Shown here piece after piece: positions 12,901 through 25,469 of a stretch of DNA of 64,000 nucleotides. Numbering within the stretch: position 1 is the stretch's first letter; each line of letters opens with the position of its first letter. A model generated the notes under the pieces. It did no database searches, was not told the origin of the DNA, and was given only the letters and a program-made list of their open reading frames with translations. The position numbers were made by a program, and so were the translations under genes. Source of the DNA: Owenia fusiformis (Eukaryota); the NCBI GenBank assembly GCA_903813345.2, contig CAIIXF020000001.1:22258001-22322000 (forward strand), written 5' to 3'.

Positions 12901-15900
12901 TTGTTGGATTTACACTAGAGCCCTAAGACGTTTTGGCTAAAACGTTTTAGCGCTAAAACGTTTTACAAATGTAATGTAAATCCAGATTTTCTCAAAAGCT
13001 CTCGGCTAAGAGCGCTTAGCTAAAACGTTTTAGGACCTTAGTCATAGCCAAGACGTCTTAGCGTTAAAACGTTTAACATGCTAGTGTAAATCCATCGGTT
13101 TTAGCTAAGAGCTCTTAGCCCGGTTTTTTGCGTTGCGCCGAACGAAACATTTGAACTTTCCATTTACATATGTCGCATGGTCCTTTCTTTTGTCTTATCC
13201 CAGTGGCGTAGCGTCGTTTACGCAAAGTACGCAAATGCGTCCACTGGAACAATCCAATGTTTATCTGAATATTTGGAAATTCTAAATTTCTCAAGTTTTA
13301 ATAAGCAAAGCCATTGTTCAACCTTATCATTTCGTATCTTTGAACAGGGTTCAACCATAGAAATTATATATATACTCTGTACACTACAACAATTTTCATA
13401 GTTGTACGTTTTCGTTTCGTCGTACTCACATGAGTCGGAAAATAGAAAATATGATTTTATGTTATATTCCTTGTTATATTCCTTTATGAAAACACGGGAC
13501 GATCGATACGTAAAGTTTTTAGTGACCGATATTTGAACTTTGTACAGTAGGCCTACATCATCAATTATTCCATCATGCTTGTACGTTTTTCGCTTGTTTG
13601 ATAACGTAAATTGCACTTCCTGGATCCTAAATAAATTAGCTAGATTTCTCCATTCATTCTTAACGATACATTAAATATTTTTGCTTGAATTTCTACAAGA
13701 CTTATAATGAGTACTTATGAGTATATTTCAAGTGGAAATGAATGCGTATCGGGTAACCCCCCCCCATCCCAATTTTGGAATTTTGCGTCCCCTAGTAAAA
13801 TTGCCACGCTACGCCACTGTATCCCTTGTTCCCAATATCGTCCCAAAGTTATTGAGAAGAACTTATTTGCCTGGCGATTTATCATAATCCTAGTTTATGC
13901 ATAAAATCTTCCTGCTCTCTTTCATGCTTTTAACAATGCTGTCTTCAGGACAATTTTTTGTGAAACCGATGCATTCTTTAGTTCAAAGTATAGAAGCGGG
14001 AAAGGAATAGTTATATTGACTGAACCGTCCTTCAGCCAGTATACTGAACTGCTTTTTTCATTTTACATGTATACCTACATACGGTGTATCTCTAAGACGT
14101 TTTAGAAAAACAGGTGTTACTGTGAACTCAATAATATTTCGTAAGACGTCTTGAAAATGGTAGTGTAAACTCAACATAATTTTTCTAAAACGTTTTAGCT
14201 AAGACATCTTGAAATATCGCGTGTTGTGTAAATAGGGCTACTGATCTCCGTTGGTTACATTTGGCGCAGTCGGCAATGGCAGTTCCCCAACAAGATTTAT
14301 CGGGACAATTTATCGAAACAAGGATCGTCGCAGCTTATATAAAGACACATTAGATCGAGATACAATATTGTTGGACTAACAATTATAGACCCCGTAATAG
14401 GAACGCAGATAGACTTGTATACAGTATTCGTATTTTTGTGTTTACACAACTTACAAAGATGACGACAGACGTCACTCAAAAAGCCCTTTTAGAGACAATT
14501 GAAATGTTATGAGGTGAAGGGCCCAGCAAGAAAAGCTGAAGGATAAATTAGAAGAACTTGAGGCCAGAGACTCATCTAATAAATCAGAGTCTGAGGTACC
14601 CACAGTTCTTGTGTTTAGAGACAAGAAATTTAAAAAAATTTCTTCAAAATGGCAAAAACAAGGTGATCTGGCACTAAGTTGTGTAAATTGGAATACCAAC
14701 ATGAACAGTGAAATTGACCTTAGGAATTCTCGTGTCACCTATCTTGAGGACGACAATTTACATCATCAATGTGCCCACCTATATTCATTTCACATAGATC
14801 CTGAATAAGGTCAGCCATGTACAACTGATAAAATAGCATAGATAGAACACCCCCTTGGTGGACATGACATGGCATGACATTAAAAGGTTTAGAAAGTGTA
14901 TTTGAACTTCCTACACGAACGGCACATTCATATTTATGGTAATTATCATAAAGCATACGCCAAACAGAGTCCAACCTATCGATAGATTTTCATAAATTAA
15001 TGTTTTTTGTTGTTAGTTTTTAAAAAAGGTAAGAAAATCGATATGCTGAAGGCTGGACTCAGCTGACTTCTCAGCTGACGCTGCTGAGAAGTGGTGACTA
15101 GATTTTTTTGCTATTGATTGAATTTACTGCAATGTGCCCTGGCCGATCACAGCGGAAGCACATTATTTCACCTTATTCATTAGTCCATCTTTTCCCTCGT
15201 GGAGGAGGTTTTCCTTTGATTCCACTCTTTGTTTGTTGTTGTAGTTGTCTTGTTTGTCGCTATAGTTGTCTGGTTTGTCAGGTTTTCTTGATTTTATTTC
15301 GTGAATTTCAAGAGTAAGATTGCGTAGCATTTGTTTCATTTCATTTTTTGTTTGCTTCTGCAGATTCCATAGCCAATTTTCGAAATTCAGTAAATGTTAG
15401 ATTGGGATCTTTGTTAATCTCCTTTTTCAAATCCCTCTTGATGGATTGATCGTCGAATAACCCTTCAATAAAATTTTCATCAAAGTGTTCATAGAACATT
15501 CTCCATTTTTCAAAATAATACGTTCACACAGTCTCATCAAGTCAAGGCTATATGTGTAAATGTTTTCAGATTTTGGTTGGATTCTAGTGTAGAACATTTC
15601 AAGTATCTTTTGCCTAGATTCGAGATCTCCAAATACTTCACGTAGAATATTTATAATTTTGTCGACTGAGTCTGTCTCTGATCTTGGTCTTAGCCTAATC
15701 ATTCCATCATTAGTTACAATGATCATGTTATGGCAAACTTTTATACCTACGTGACTATGTCACAGACTTAAAACCTTGCATGTGGTGGTTGATTTGTCAG
15801 AAATATCCCAAATGTCAAAGCCAGTGTAAAACTATGATGCAATTGGTATGTAACTCCCATGTATTAAATACGAACAACTTCAACGGTTCAAAACGATGTT

Positions 15901-18900
15901 TATTGTGAAACCTTTGTGAAACTGAAACAATTTAACACTTTATATTAAGATGCCCTATGTATGAGCATGGGCTCTATCAGTGGTAGAGCCCATGGTATGA
16001 GCCATATAGGCGTAACATATTTGAAGCCCTTGGCTGTCGTGGTCAGTCAAGCCAAGTAAGTAAGTCAACATTCGAAAATAAAAATCTCAAAAATCGTACA
16101 TCTTTGATTTCCAAAATAATTTGTGAGGTGGTTATTTAGATGATAATACACATTTTAACGCACTAATTTTGAGTACATCTCGAATCCATTCTCAACAAAG
16201 CGTTCTCGAAATAAGTATTCGAAATGTTTGAGTTCGGGATGATAAAAGTACGCTAAGATATACCGCTCCTTAACAAACTCCTTCAGGAACAAGATATAGA
16301 ATCAAATGCATATTCTTCCTATTTATTCCCTGACACATGCCAATGAATGTTGCATAAGTAAATATCTCCGTTTTAAAAAATTTTGAAAGCGTTGTTCTCT
16401 ACAGGTGCCATTTTTCATAATTGAAAAACAAAATTAAACAATTTGCATTTCTAAATTGATAAGTTTCTTGGAATACAACTTAAAGTGTGCGCCTGACCCG
16501 GCTACGTATGGCACAGAGTTTATACTGGCGGATTAGACTAGTTCATTTTTTATATGTGTGTGAAAGCTTTCTCTTATTTGCGTTTTTTCGTTTAGTACGG
16601 TTTTGTTATAATTGCCGAGGTCATATAACCGGGATAAAACAATGATTATCGTTGACTGCCCACACAAAAACATACGTTGAGTGAACAGTGTTATTACAAA
16701 CAACAGGCTTTAGAATACAAAGCGTAGTGTGATAATAAGCTGCACACTACCACTGCTGCATGTACATATTACTAATTTACTAGGGCTCCCAAAGAGTGGA
16801 TAGAGAGGTTGTGTTTGTCACTTTAAAATTTTACATTTCAAAATTGTCATTTTACATGTCATAATTTGTTGGTTTCATTCGTTTAGCCAATCAAAACATT
16901 GTTAAACAATAAATTGTCTGTTACGTACAATCAATTTTGTTCAGTTTTGATTAGTTGTCAGAATAAAGTTGCGTTCATCTGAATCCATGTATCAAAACAA
17001 AAATCCTATTTTCACTTCAAAATACTTCAGTGAGATGAAGGCTCGGAATTGTCACATGCAATAACTTATTGTCGTATTCGTTATTTTATCTTCTCGATAG
17101 TAGCATTTAGTCGCACATTTGATGCCAGGTCACCTTGTCGCGTACCTCTTGGGGAACCCCAAATTTATGTGTGTACTCATGGAAGTAAATTCCCCGGTGT
17201 AGCCGAGAGCCACAAACTTTTCAACAGGTTCGAAATGACCAATTTCTCTCATATATACTCTAAATATTTTATTATTTAGCACCTACAAAGTATTGCTAAT
17301 AACCATATGTAATTTCAATAAGGAAACTTATCTGGCTACATATAAATTCAATATCAACACTAGCTGTTCTCTCAACACGTCCTGGCTTACCTTGTGGTGA
17401 CAAACCCTGGATTTTCGCTATTTATAGTTTATCAACACCTGGACGCATGCGCATTTTATACTTTATCGGGCACTTTAACTGTAAACGATTTAAGTCATTA
17501 ATAATATTTCCCTTAGTGAACCCAAGGGCGTTACAATACCCGGGAAATTATCGGTTCGTGCAGTACTTGTTTGTGATAGCGCCCTCTGTAGGTCACTGTG
17601 CTTATAGCCTACAGTAATACGGGGTAGGATATCGGGAATTCGGTCAGTTTCTATCCGTCGATTTCGCTATGAATTGAAGCAAGTGTGACCACTTTATCCA
17701 CTTAAACAATTTGATAATTGATTAAATCTTTAAACAAAATCGATAAACACGTTATACACTTCCTATCTCCTTAGAAATTAGCATGTATTTATGGATTGTG
17801 TTTTCGAACAAGGCTCGACCCATACCAATAGGGAAATCCTTATGCTAATTAGTATGACGTCATATTTTCCTGGGGAATCCTAGATTTCAAAGCCTCAGTC
17901 TGTTATTGTGTCAAATGTAAACGCTCTTTTGCAGACAGAAAATTGACAGATTAGCTTTTAACTTTCAGCTTTGATGTTTAAATATTCTGTATTTCTACCG
18001 GACTTCTTGCTGAATATCATATAATGTTATAACTTGATTTGGACAATTGCCTGATTGATCATTCTGAAATTTTGATTGTGATTCATGATTGATTGGCAAG
18101 AAAAATAATTCCTATTGTTTTCCAGCGAAGTCAAAATGTTACAGCATGAGTTATAATGTCGAGTTTGCATCATGTTAAATTCTGCTAGTGATTAGAAGTC
18201 CATGCACAAGCATACACATAAGAGACAAACACACCCAGGCTCCAGGCCGTGGATGGAAATATAAAACTATTTAAGGCACAAACTGGTATTAATAGACCGA
18301 TATGTAGTGTCTGCCATGTATTGAAGGTAAACCAATCTACATTATTAATGTTTCTTCTACCAATACATGGATTGTGCAATAGAAAAGCAATGGCACAATC
18401 AAAAATATGCATATCAATCGTGAATATCTCTCGGTTCAAAGCTTATTTCCAACAGAATCGTGTCAAAATATGTGTCTGAGTAACAGTTATACATTATAAG
18501 ATCGCAAACTCTTACCAATTATCAGCCGAATGGCTCATTTTCAACGAAATGTCCTTAAGACAACAGCCCTGGGTCGCGCCTGAGACCAAAAACTACTTCA
18601 AATAGCCCTCCCCTAATTATATTGGATAATCACATTTATGCGTGCGCGCGCAGCTCATCCACTGAACGAAACGCCACTTCCCGCTGAAATCACCGGGTAT
18701 TGATCTTTCCCTTGGTGAACCCATGCTGAATAGACAGTAACTGGGTCAATGTTTTGTGTTCAACCTTGTTTTCATGACTTTTAAACATGAGTCGACGATT
18801 ATGTAGGAAATTTCATTTTCAAATGTAAGCGTGTCAACTCCTGTTTTTGCACAATAATTAGCCCTTTATAATGATAGATCGCCAAAATATGCATGTACCT

Positions 18901-20787
18901 CTCAATAAGGCGATATGTTTTTCAATTTATAGATGTAAACTATAAACTCAAACAAAAATTGAAACCACCCGCTTTATTATTTTGATTACACAAGACGAAA
19001 TTTCCACTCCCGGGGAGCACTTTGGTATCACTTTGAAGGAGGATTCTTGAAAAATCGCTCGAATTTTCACAAAAGGTTTCACTTAATTTTATTGCTTTGT
19101 TTAAGCCTCGACTTATATTATACTCAAATCCGATACCATAATTAGGAATCAAAATGAAACATTCAATTCACCAAGTTAAATAATAAACCGTTTCGAGAAT
19201 TGATGATTTGAGTTAATTGTGGATATTTATATAAATGTAAGTTGGCATGTATTCGACAGTTAATGTACACACATGATGTATGCATCAACGTGTGACTTAA
19301 ATATCAATTCGTGACTATCACATTTGGCTTCCAAAAATTAAATTGGAAATTACAGTGGTAGGAGATTAACGAAAACGTCAATCACATCCAAATATCCGTA
19401 CGACGTCAGGTATTAACAAAACACTTTTCGTGCATTTCGAACATGGCAAGGTTCTGTTATCCAGCAATGTGCATTTCAAAAGAAAAAATTCACAAATCTC
19501 AACAAATTTTATTGAGTAGGATATTACATTCGAAATCACAACTTTCAAATTATTTTTTTTAACCAAGAATTGTAAGAACTTGAAACATGTTGTGAGTTTT
19601 TCAAACGGCATATCCTCATTCACGTTCTTTGACAAGGATGAATCCATTTGAAAACATGGATTTTCTTGATTATTCTTCAAAACTACCCTTGAAATATAAG
19701 TATGTAGGATATTACAGTGTAAATTGACACGCATTTGTTTGCCCGATATCCTGAACAAATAAATGCAGAACCGTCTTGTAATATTTGAAAACCAAAAGTT
19801 CATTCTGTATGTAAACAAGAAAAAATACATTTATGGTTGGTTCATAATGAAAAATGACGAGTAACATATATCTTTTGAAGTAGGGGTATACAGGGACACA
19901 GTGGAAAATCAGAAATTTAGGTCATATCCCAAAGATTGCTTCACCAATATGTAACAGATCATCAAAATTATCATTTACACGTTTGCTGATAGGTTTATTG
20001 AAAATAATTAACCAGAGGTTTACTTCAATTGTGGCACCATTCTTAGTAAATATTGATGAACATACGAATATCGAATGTTGACTAAGTTACTTGTCTTGAC
20101 CGGGTGACAGTATGAATGTTATTATGAAGAAAATTTTAGGTGTTTCAGATGTTTCATGTGAGACGTTAATAATTGTATCATCAGTACAGAAAATGTACAA
20201 TCACAGAGCCAACCTATTGGCTCTGCTTGACACATCATTTCTCTATCACTTTATTTTTATGTATTCCAAAAAACAACTAGTTATCACATAATTTAATCTT
20301 ATCCTTGTATATTATATTTTATATGTAAACTATATTTATACTAAAATGTATTCTCTCATATAAATGAGGCAATAAATATACAATACAATTTAGGCGATCT
20401 GTCTGCATGGGGTGTATTATGGTACAATTCAAAACAAAAAGGAAGAACTGCCACAGAAAAGTTAATTGAACATGTCTTCAATGCCATGTTCCATCAACGT
20501 CAGTAGTTAACTGAGGTCATCAACGGGGTACAAAACCTCACATACTCACCCTTTTTAACAATTTCCGATCTCGATCTGACTCTGAATAATTTCCAGGTTT
20601 TATTCAAGACTTCTGAGGTGGCAGAAAACTCTATAGGATCTCCATCATATAAGAATGATAATGTCCTATCTGTAAAATTTCCCTGTTTCATCGCTTCCCT
20701 TTTGCATCTATTACATTTTGAGGAATCACAGAATTTTACAAAACTGATAACAAAAATAAAGAAAATGCTGCATCTGAACAAATGCAT
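3956..20787 (-). CDS. Secreted protein of unknown function, copy A (245 aa; exons 20787-20550, 4669-4427, 4212-3956)
   Basis: Hydrophobic N-terminus MHLFRCSIFFIFVISFVKFCDS. GT-AG phase-1 junctions give 238+243+257 nt = 246 codons, the same exon lengths as the paralog at 28035-29867. Joining across the 15.9 kb intron is inferred from that paralog. Confidence 0.7.
6910..8150 (-). pseudogene. Possible decayed coding remnants inside the Academ-like element
   Basis: Protein-like stretches (LRLDIDKLNDIGLKLLSELKQYFPKK...) broken by stops; no diagnostic motif recognised. Confidence 0.3.
9066..9453. mobile_element. 388-bp MITE, Spy-like (AAA^TTT target, no TSD)
   Basis: Perfect 22-bp TIR GGACGATTCTCGGTTTGGAGAA (9066-87, 9432-53), flanked by AAA and TTT. 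Absent from the sister TIR near 5360. Two internal ~180-bp repeats. Confidence 0.75.
9648..12043 (-). mobile_element. 5'-truncated L1/Tx1-clade non-LTR retrotransposon
   Basis: TSD ATTAGTATTCTTTTT (9633-47, 12044-58), short A-tail at the 3' end, and an empty site visible in the sister TIR near 5165-5185. Confidence 0.9.
9727..12018 (-). CDS. ORF2 remainder: RT domain plus C-terminal zinc finger; endonuclease lost by truncation
   Basis: KSPGSDG, RPISLIN, DFLKAFD, QGDPLSP, YADD and CEFC...ETIDHLFYLC motifs in an uninterrupted 763-aa frame. Confidence 0.92.
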   Translation of the reverse strand: MQTFQLNKSPGSDGLTIEFYIFFWNNIKSFFIEAMNFTFTKKEMSASQREILMKLIPKKGRDALFLKNQRPISLINVDAKIIAKVIYKRIEAFLDKLIQSDQAAFVKDRHMAEIARLIEDSIFYTNDRNTDGALIAIDFLKAFDSLNHDFLFQALETFNFGDYIKSWIKILYTNIHAKVMNLGFSGEQFNIERGIKQGDPLSPILFILSVEFLAQAIRDDHLIKGIKIGEDKEIKLSIYADDMTLFVRDKESVHQAMRVLKDFENCSGLKTNIEKTELFTIGKSKNEIWKIGALKQVKEIKVLGVFFNHDETKKNEQNFRVVINHLKQTLNLWKTRQLTIIGKIQIVKTFGLSKFNFICSVIDTPDRYLKEINDIVFKFLWNGRDKIKRKSLISDFKEGGLRMSDLKTKIKSAQLKWVQKLIKDTDKNSPWTVIPNYYLRQKGGLFVLNCKYDITKLNIVMPKYYIHMLQTFMELPRSQTDIPEEIIWNNKKITIQNKSLFWKEFFNRGIIKIKDLFIDGSIKTWHQIKVQTGLSDVYMLKWFGILKAIPRTWLIRNNVFENNVNLDVKHCNFDIVHGKKIFQFNKCTSKLLYSILLSHIAEQPTAKGKLSIKYELNEEDWNFYYTYYHYILTYSKHRAFQFKLINCILYTNNDLFKYNVIQSPMCEFCHTAFETIDHLFYLCEYTNQFWNSVKQHILKKLKYFDLNNVLFGSKKWSKYENMIIIIAKYFLYNQKLLRELPVYRKFEMYLKYCKENDNKIWNE
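12737..12890. mobile_element. 154-bp hAT-like MITE
   Basis: CAGTGT...ACACTG ends; exact 8-bp TSD CTATGAAG (12729-36, 12891-98). Confidence 0.8.
12905..14240. mobile_element. Probable Harbinger-like non-autonomous element remnant with palindromic subterminal repeats
   Basis: Repeated CTAAAACGTTTTAG/CTAAGACGTCTTAG dyads at both ends and a right end GTGTAAATAGGGC. Left end and TSD not resolved. Confidence 0.45.
13201..13819. mobile_element. MITE with CAG...CTG ends and 5-bp TSD, nested in the previous element
   Basis: 14-bp TIR CAGTGGCGTAGCGT / ACGCTACGCCACTG; TSD TATCC (13196-200, 13820-24). Confidence 0.8.
14735..14974 (-). pseudogene. Non-LTR reverse transcriptase fragment
   Basis: SKPFNV...VHQGGVLSMLFYQLYMADLI resembles the RT QG-x-x-LS motif region. 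Confidence 0.7.
15115..15720 (-). pseudogene. gag: Gypsy gag fragment (capsid C-terminus and decayed zinc knuckle)
   Basis: LREVFGD...FYTRIQPKSENIYTYSLDL, plus hand-translated CFRCDRPGHIAVNS near 15120-15160; frameshifted. Confidence 0.7.
16046..20100. mobile_element. ~4 kb degenerate TIR element, unclassified
   Basis: 30-bp inverted repeat (27/30) GTCAAGCCAAGTAAGTAAGTCAACATTCGA at both ends; no TSD resolved. Confidence 0.5.
17523..18714. mobile_element. P-superfamily-like non-autonomous element
   Basis: CAAGGG...CCCTTG ends with subterminal AATACCCGG; exact 7-bp TSD GTGAACC (17516-22, 18715-21). Confidence 0.75.
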
Positions 20788-20995
20788 GATTTCCTTTCCA
20801 GCCTTTTTTCTATGTATGTCTTACGCAATGCTAGTACGTAATGCGACACATGAGATGTTGATACTGATATTGTTGAGATAAATTGTTAAAGGGCCGTTAA
20901 AGTGTAACAGAAATTGTATAGAGTGTCTATGCAAGTGTCTTTTGTCATGCAGAGACTCATAAGACCAACATATATTTGACCCATTTAGGTATAAG

Positions 20996-21294
20996 CACTG
21001 ACGGATCTGGGGGGATCTTATAGGCCCAGAAAAAAAATGTGGGCTCAAAAATATTTTGGGCCAAAAAAGCCTGAAGGCCCCTAAAAGTGGGCCTTTTTGC
21101 TTTTTGGTCATTACTGGGCCTTCTAAGGCCTTATTTTTTAATTTCAGGCCAAATTTTGAAGAAAATTGGCCTCAAAAGTTCAAAATTTGGGCCCACTTTT
21201 GGGATTTAGGGGCCCAAGTTTTTAAGGGCCCAAGTTTTTTTCTCTGACCTGAAATTTGCCCCCCCCCCCTTGTTGGTTCCCAGATCCGCCCCTG
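20996..21294. mobile_element. Small GC-richer MITE-like insertion upstream of copy A
   Basis: Imperfect TIR CACTGACGGATCTGGG / CCCAGATCCGCCCCTG; absent from the homologous sequence near 22345. Confidence 0.55.
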
Positions 21295-21499
21295 AGGGGA
21301 AAGATATATAGGAGTGCTACACTAATGCCAATCTCCGAGCCTTTCGTTCAGTGCAATCCGTACCTCCTTTACTTACCTCACGCATTCCCGCGAAATTAAC
21401 CCTTCTAAATATTTTGACCTCCTTCAAAAAATATATTTCTTTGCGTTTGCGACTGATTTTATTCGTTATATTTTATAAAATGTTTATTTCTAAAGTAGT

Positions 21500-21565
21500 A
21501 AGAAGCTGGATATCATATTTAACCAGTAAAACGTATTGTTACTGCTGAAACAAATGTCGGCGTTT
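21500..21565 (-). pseudogene. Remnant of a third family copy (end of exon 3)
   Basis: ATATCATATTTAACCAGTAAAACGTATTGTTACTGCTG matches 28023-28063. Upstream-region homology resumes at ~22250, so the gene body appears deleted. Confidence 0.65.
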
Positions 21566-21601
21566 AGTACTAAATTGTAATGGGAAACATGAGAAGTTAT
21601 A

Positions 21602-22232
21602 CAGGGTGGGCCAAAAACACCAATACCCAAGTTTAAAGATGAATGATTCATATGATATATGTTAAACCATGCCATGAATTAAATTTCATTTTAAAGATAA
21701 ATCAAATCCTAACAAACTGACACCATCCAATTGAAAATCCTCTGTTTTCCCGTGGAGTTAGAGACTAAAATTGACACCAGGGGTGCCGTGAGCGAACAAA
21801 TATCAAAAAATGAAAATTCCCAAATTTCCCTCCATATTGCAGTCACAGCTGCACTCAATATGCGTGACTGAATCATCATAAATTCATTTAAGAGTAATAC
21901 ACAATTGATGATTAATTAAAAAGTATTTTTGCTGAAATTTGCAATATAATTGTATAAATGTAGCTCTTTTGAAGGTGCCAAAGTTCAAACTTCCCTCCAT
22001 TCTCCACAATTGGGAAATCCGCAGTGAATAATTTTTTGGTCGCTCATGACACGCCTGGTGTCAATTTTAGTCTCTAACTCCTCAAGAAAACAATGGTTTT
22101 TCAATCAGATGGTGTTATATTGTTAGGAAATGATTTATCTTTAAGATGATATACAATACGCGGCATGGTTTAATGTTATATCATCTGATATTCATCCTTA
22201 AACTTGGGTATTGTTTTTTTTGGCCCACCCTA
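21602..22232. mobile_element. Tc1/mariner-type foldback MITE
   Basis: TA flanks, CAGGGTGGGCCAAAAA terminus and imperfect inverted arms of ~200 bp or more. Confidence 0.8.
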
Positions 22233-23372
22233 TAATACTGTAATCGTTGAGAAAAATTGTTAAAGTCTTACAGAAATCATAGAGTGTGCAAGTGTCTGTA
22301 GCCATGAAGAGACTAATATGACGAACCAATATTTGATCAATTTAGGTATGAGAGGACAACTAGAAAAATTCCATACTGAAGAATTAAAGCCGAAGGACTC
22401 AAAGAATTGTAAATGTTTTAAACCACACGTCTTGTTTGAAGACTTTGAATTAGGGTGGCAGCCCGAGCTAAAACTCTATGGATACAAGACATGCCTGCAT
22501 TAAATCATCCACAATTCATTGCATGAGTCACTAGCTTTTTTAACACTGCAAAAGATTTTGTAAATAATATGTTGAACGACATTCACTATTCGTTTATGTG
22601 ATCACAAGAAGTGGCGACATATTGCTATAATCTATGGTAACTTTTCAGCGATTGGTGTTTTGGTACAACAGATCATTGATTCATTGACTTATTTGACTAG
22701 AATGTTCGACAGAAATGCATTCTACTTGACACCAGACTATTCATATCAGTAATTTGACGTGGATTAGTGGTTGGCGTCGTGCCGTGGTCAAAACTGCTGA
22801 AGCAAAAAGCATTGGGGCAATATTTGAACATGGACATCACAAAATTTATACATTTTTAAGAAAAACATTTTTCACATTATTTATAGTATTAAACGGGAAT
22901 AATTTGTAACAGTATTTTGTTGTATTTAGTGATTTAGTATTTAGTACTGAAAATATATGTTTAAAAATGTTCATCCCTTTTAGATGGACTCATCTGAAGT
23001 GAACTCCTTGGTCAACGTAGCCATTTTTCTTAACCACTTTAATTTGAGAATCAAAATGCATCAATTGAAACAGAATATCGATATAAAGATAAATGTGATG
23101 TATAGTATACGCAACAGTAACCAAACGCTTTATTGAATTTATAGTATGTATACGACATCATATTAGATCATTTTGAGTAAGATATCATGTCCTTGTATCC
23201 TAGCGTCGGCTTTGTGGATGGATGTTGACCCTTTGATACGCTTATGGACTTCGAGATTGTACATTCATTCTGTCTCACATCATTTGAGACTGAATGCCCT
23301 ATATGCTAGTACATAACAACTGAGCAACTAATTTTGATGTTACTTTTGGTTATAAATTCGAAACAATAGGGA

Positions 23373-25145
23373 GAGGGGACAGCACAGGAAAATTAAACTA
23401 TTTCAACAGTTCAAGATGCTGTCTGATTAATTCTGAGCACTTTTAATGTGTTTGAGTAAATGAATGCTTTAGTTTTTGGGATGGGGTGCCAGAAACCTTT
23501 ATGATTATATCACTTGGTAATTTCTGGGAACTTTTAATAAAAGTGTTTAAAATTAACAAATGCAACTTCCAAACTTACCAATTGTTTTATGGGGGGATGT
23601 AAGGAGTGGTCCACTCCCCTAGAAAATTTTACACTTTTGAGATGCTATTTGGTGCTCTCTGGGCACTTTCAACGTGTATGAGTCAATAAATTTTTTTTGG
23701 AAGGTGTCAAAGAGGATGAGAGGGTGAGGTCGGTTGGGGGTGCCAGAGGGGGAGCAAGATGTTGTCCCCCCAGAAACATTGACCATATCAAGGTGCTATT
23801 TGATGATGTCTGGCCACTTTAAAAATGCCTGAGACAATACATGAAATTCAGAATTTTTCAATTGTTTTGTTGGGGATGTGAGGGGTGGCCAACTCTTCTA
23901 GAAAATTTTACAATTTTAAGATGATATTTTGTGTTTTCTGGACACTTTCAAGTGTTTTAATCAATAGAGCGAGGGGACAGCACAGGAAAATTAAACTATT
24001 TCAAGATGCTGTCTGATTAATTCTAAGCACTTTTAATGTGTTTGAGTAAATGGATGCTTTAGATTTTGGGGTGGGGTGCCAGAAACCTTTATGATTATAT
24101 CACTTGGTAATTTCTGGGAACTTTTAATTAAAGTGTTTAAAATTAACAAATGCAACTTCCAAACTTACCAATTGTTTTATGGGGGGATGTAAGGAGTGGT
24201 CCACTCCCCTAGAAAATCTTACACTTTTGAGATGCTATTTGGTGCTCTCTGGGCACTTTCAACGTGTATGAGTCAATAATTTTTTTTTGGAACGTGTCAA
24301 AGAGGAAGAGAGGGTGAGGTCGGTTGGGGGTGCCAGAGGGGGAGCAAGATGTTGTCCCCCCAGAAACATTGACCATATCAAGGTGCTATTTGATGATGTC
24401 TGGCCACTTTAAAAATGTCTGAGACAATACATGAAATTCAGAATTTTTCAATTGTTTTGTTGGGGATGTGAGGGGTGGCCAACTCTTCTAGAAAATTTTA
24501 CAATTTTAAGATGATATTTTGTGTTTTCTGGACACTTTCAAGTGTTTTAATCAATAGAGCGAGGGGACAGCACAGGAAAATTAAACTATTTCAAGATGCT
24601 GTCTGATTAATTCTAAGCACTTTTAATGTGTTTGAGTAAATGGATGCTTTAGATTTTGGGGTGGGGTGCCAGAAACCTTTATGATTATGTCACTTGGTGA
24701 TTTCTGGGAACTTTTAATTAAAGTGTTTAAAATTAACAAATGCAACTTCCAAACTTACCAATTGTTTTATGGGGGGATGTAAGGAGTGGTCCACTCCCCT
24801 AGAAAACTTTACACTTTTGAGATGCTATTTGGTGCTTTCTGGGCACTTTCAAATTAAAGTGTATGCGTCAATAAAGAATGTGATTTATTTTTCAAATTTT
24901 TGGAAGGTGTCAAAGAGGATGAGAGGGTGAGGTGGGGTGGGGTGCCAGAGGGAGAGCAAGGAAGAGGTTGTCCTCCAGAAACAATGACCATATCAAGGTG
25001 CTATTTGATGATGTCTGGCCACTTTAAAAATGTCTGAGACAATACATGAAATTCAGAATTTTCAATTGTTTTGTTGGGGATGTGAGGGGTGGCCAACTCT
25101 TCTAGAAAATTTTACAATTTTAAGATGATATTTTGTGTTTTCTGG
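23373..25145. repeat. Three tandem copies of a ~590-bp unit
   Basis: GAGGGGACAGCACAGGAAAATT at 23373, 23971 and 24561; units highly similar. Confidence 0.9.
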
Positions 25146-25469
25146 GCGGGGGCGCGGTCGCACCTATCTAACGGCCCTGATCAAGGGGTTATATTTAAAT
25201 ATTATTTTTATATAATAAAACTTAAATGCAACATGCACATTATCAGATATGGTATAACTTTAAAGAAGAGACGTGCCATACATTAGAATGGATTCGGTGT
25301 GAGTAACGTATCCTCAATAAACAACAATATGTATTTTATGGCATATAATAGTGATCCATAATCCATTGATTGTTGACTTATTTGAATTGGTACATTAAGT
25401 AAGCCAATACAAAACATTCCACGGTATCAAATTAATTCATAGTCTTAACTTTTCATTACCATACTGAAA

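Noticed and set aside
19378-19830. 150-aa ORF
   Set aside because: No recognisable motif; AT-rich TE interior.
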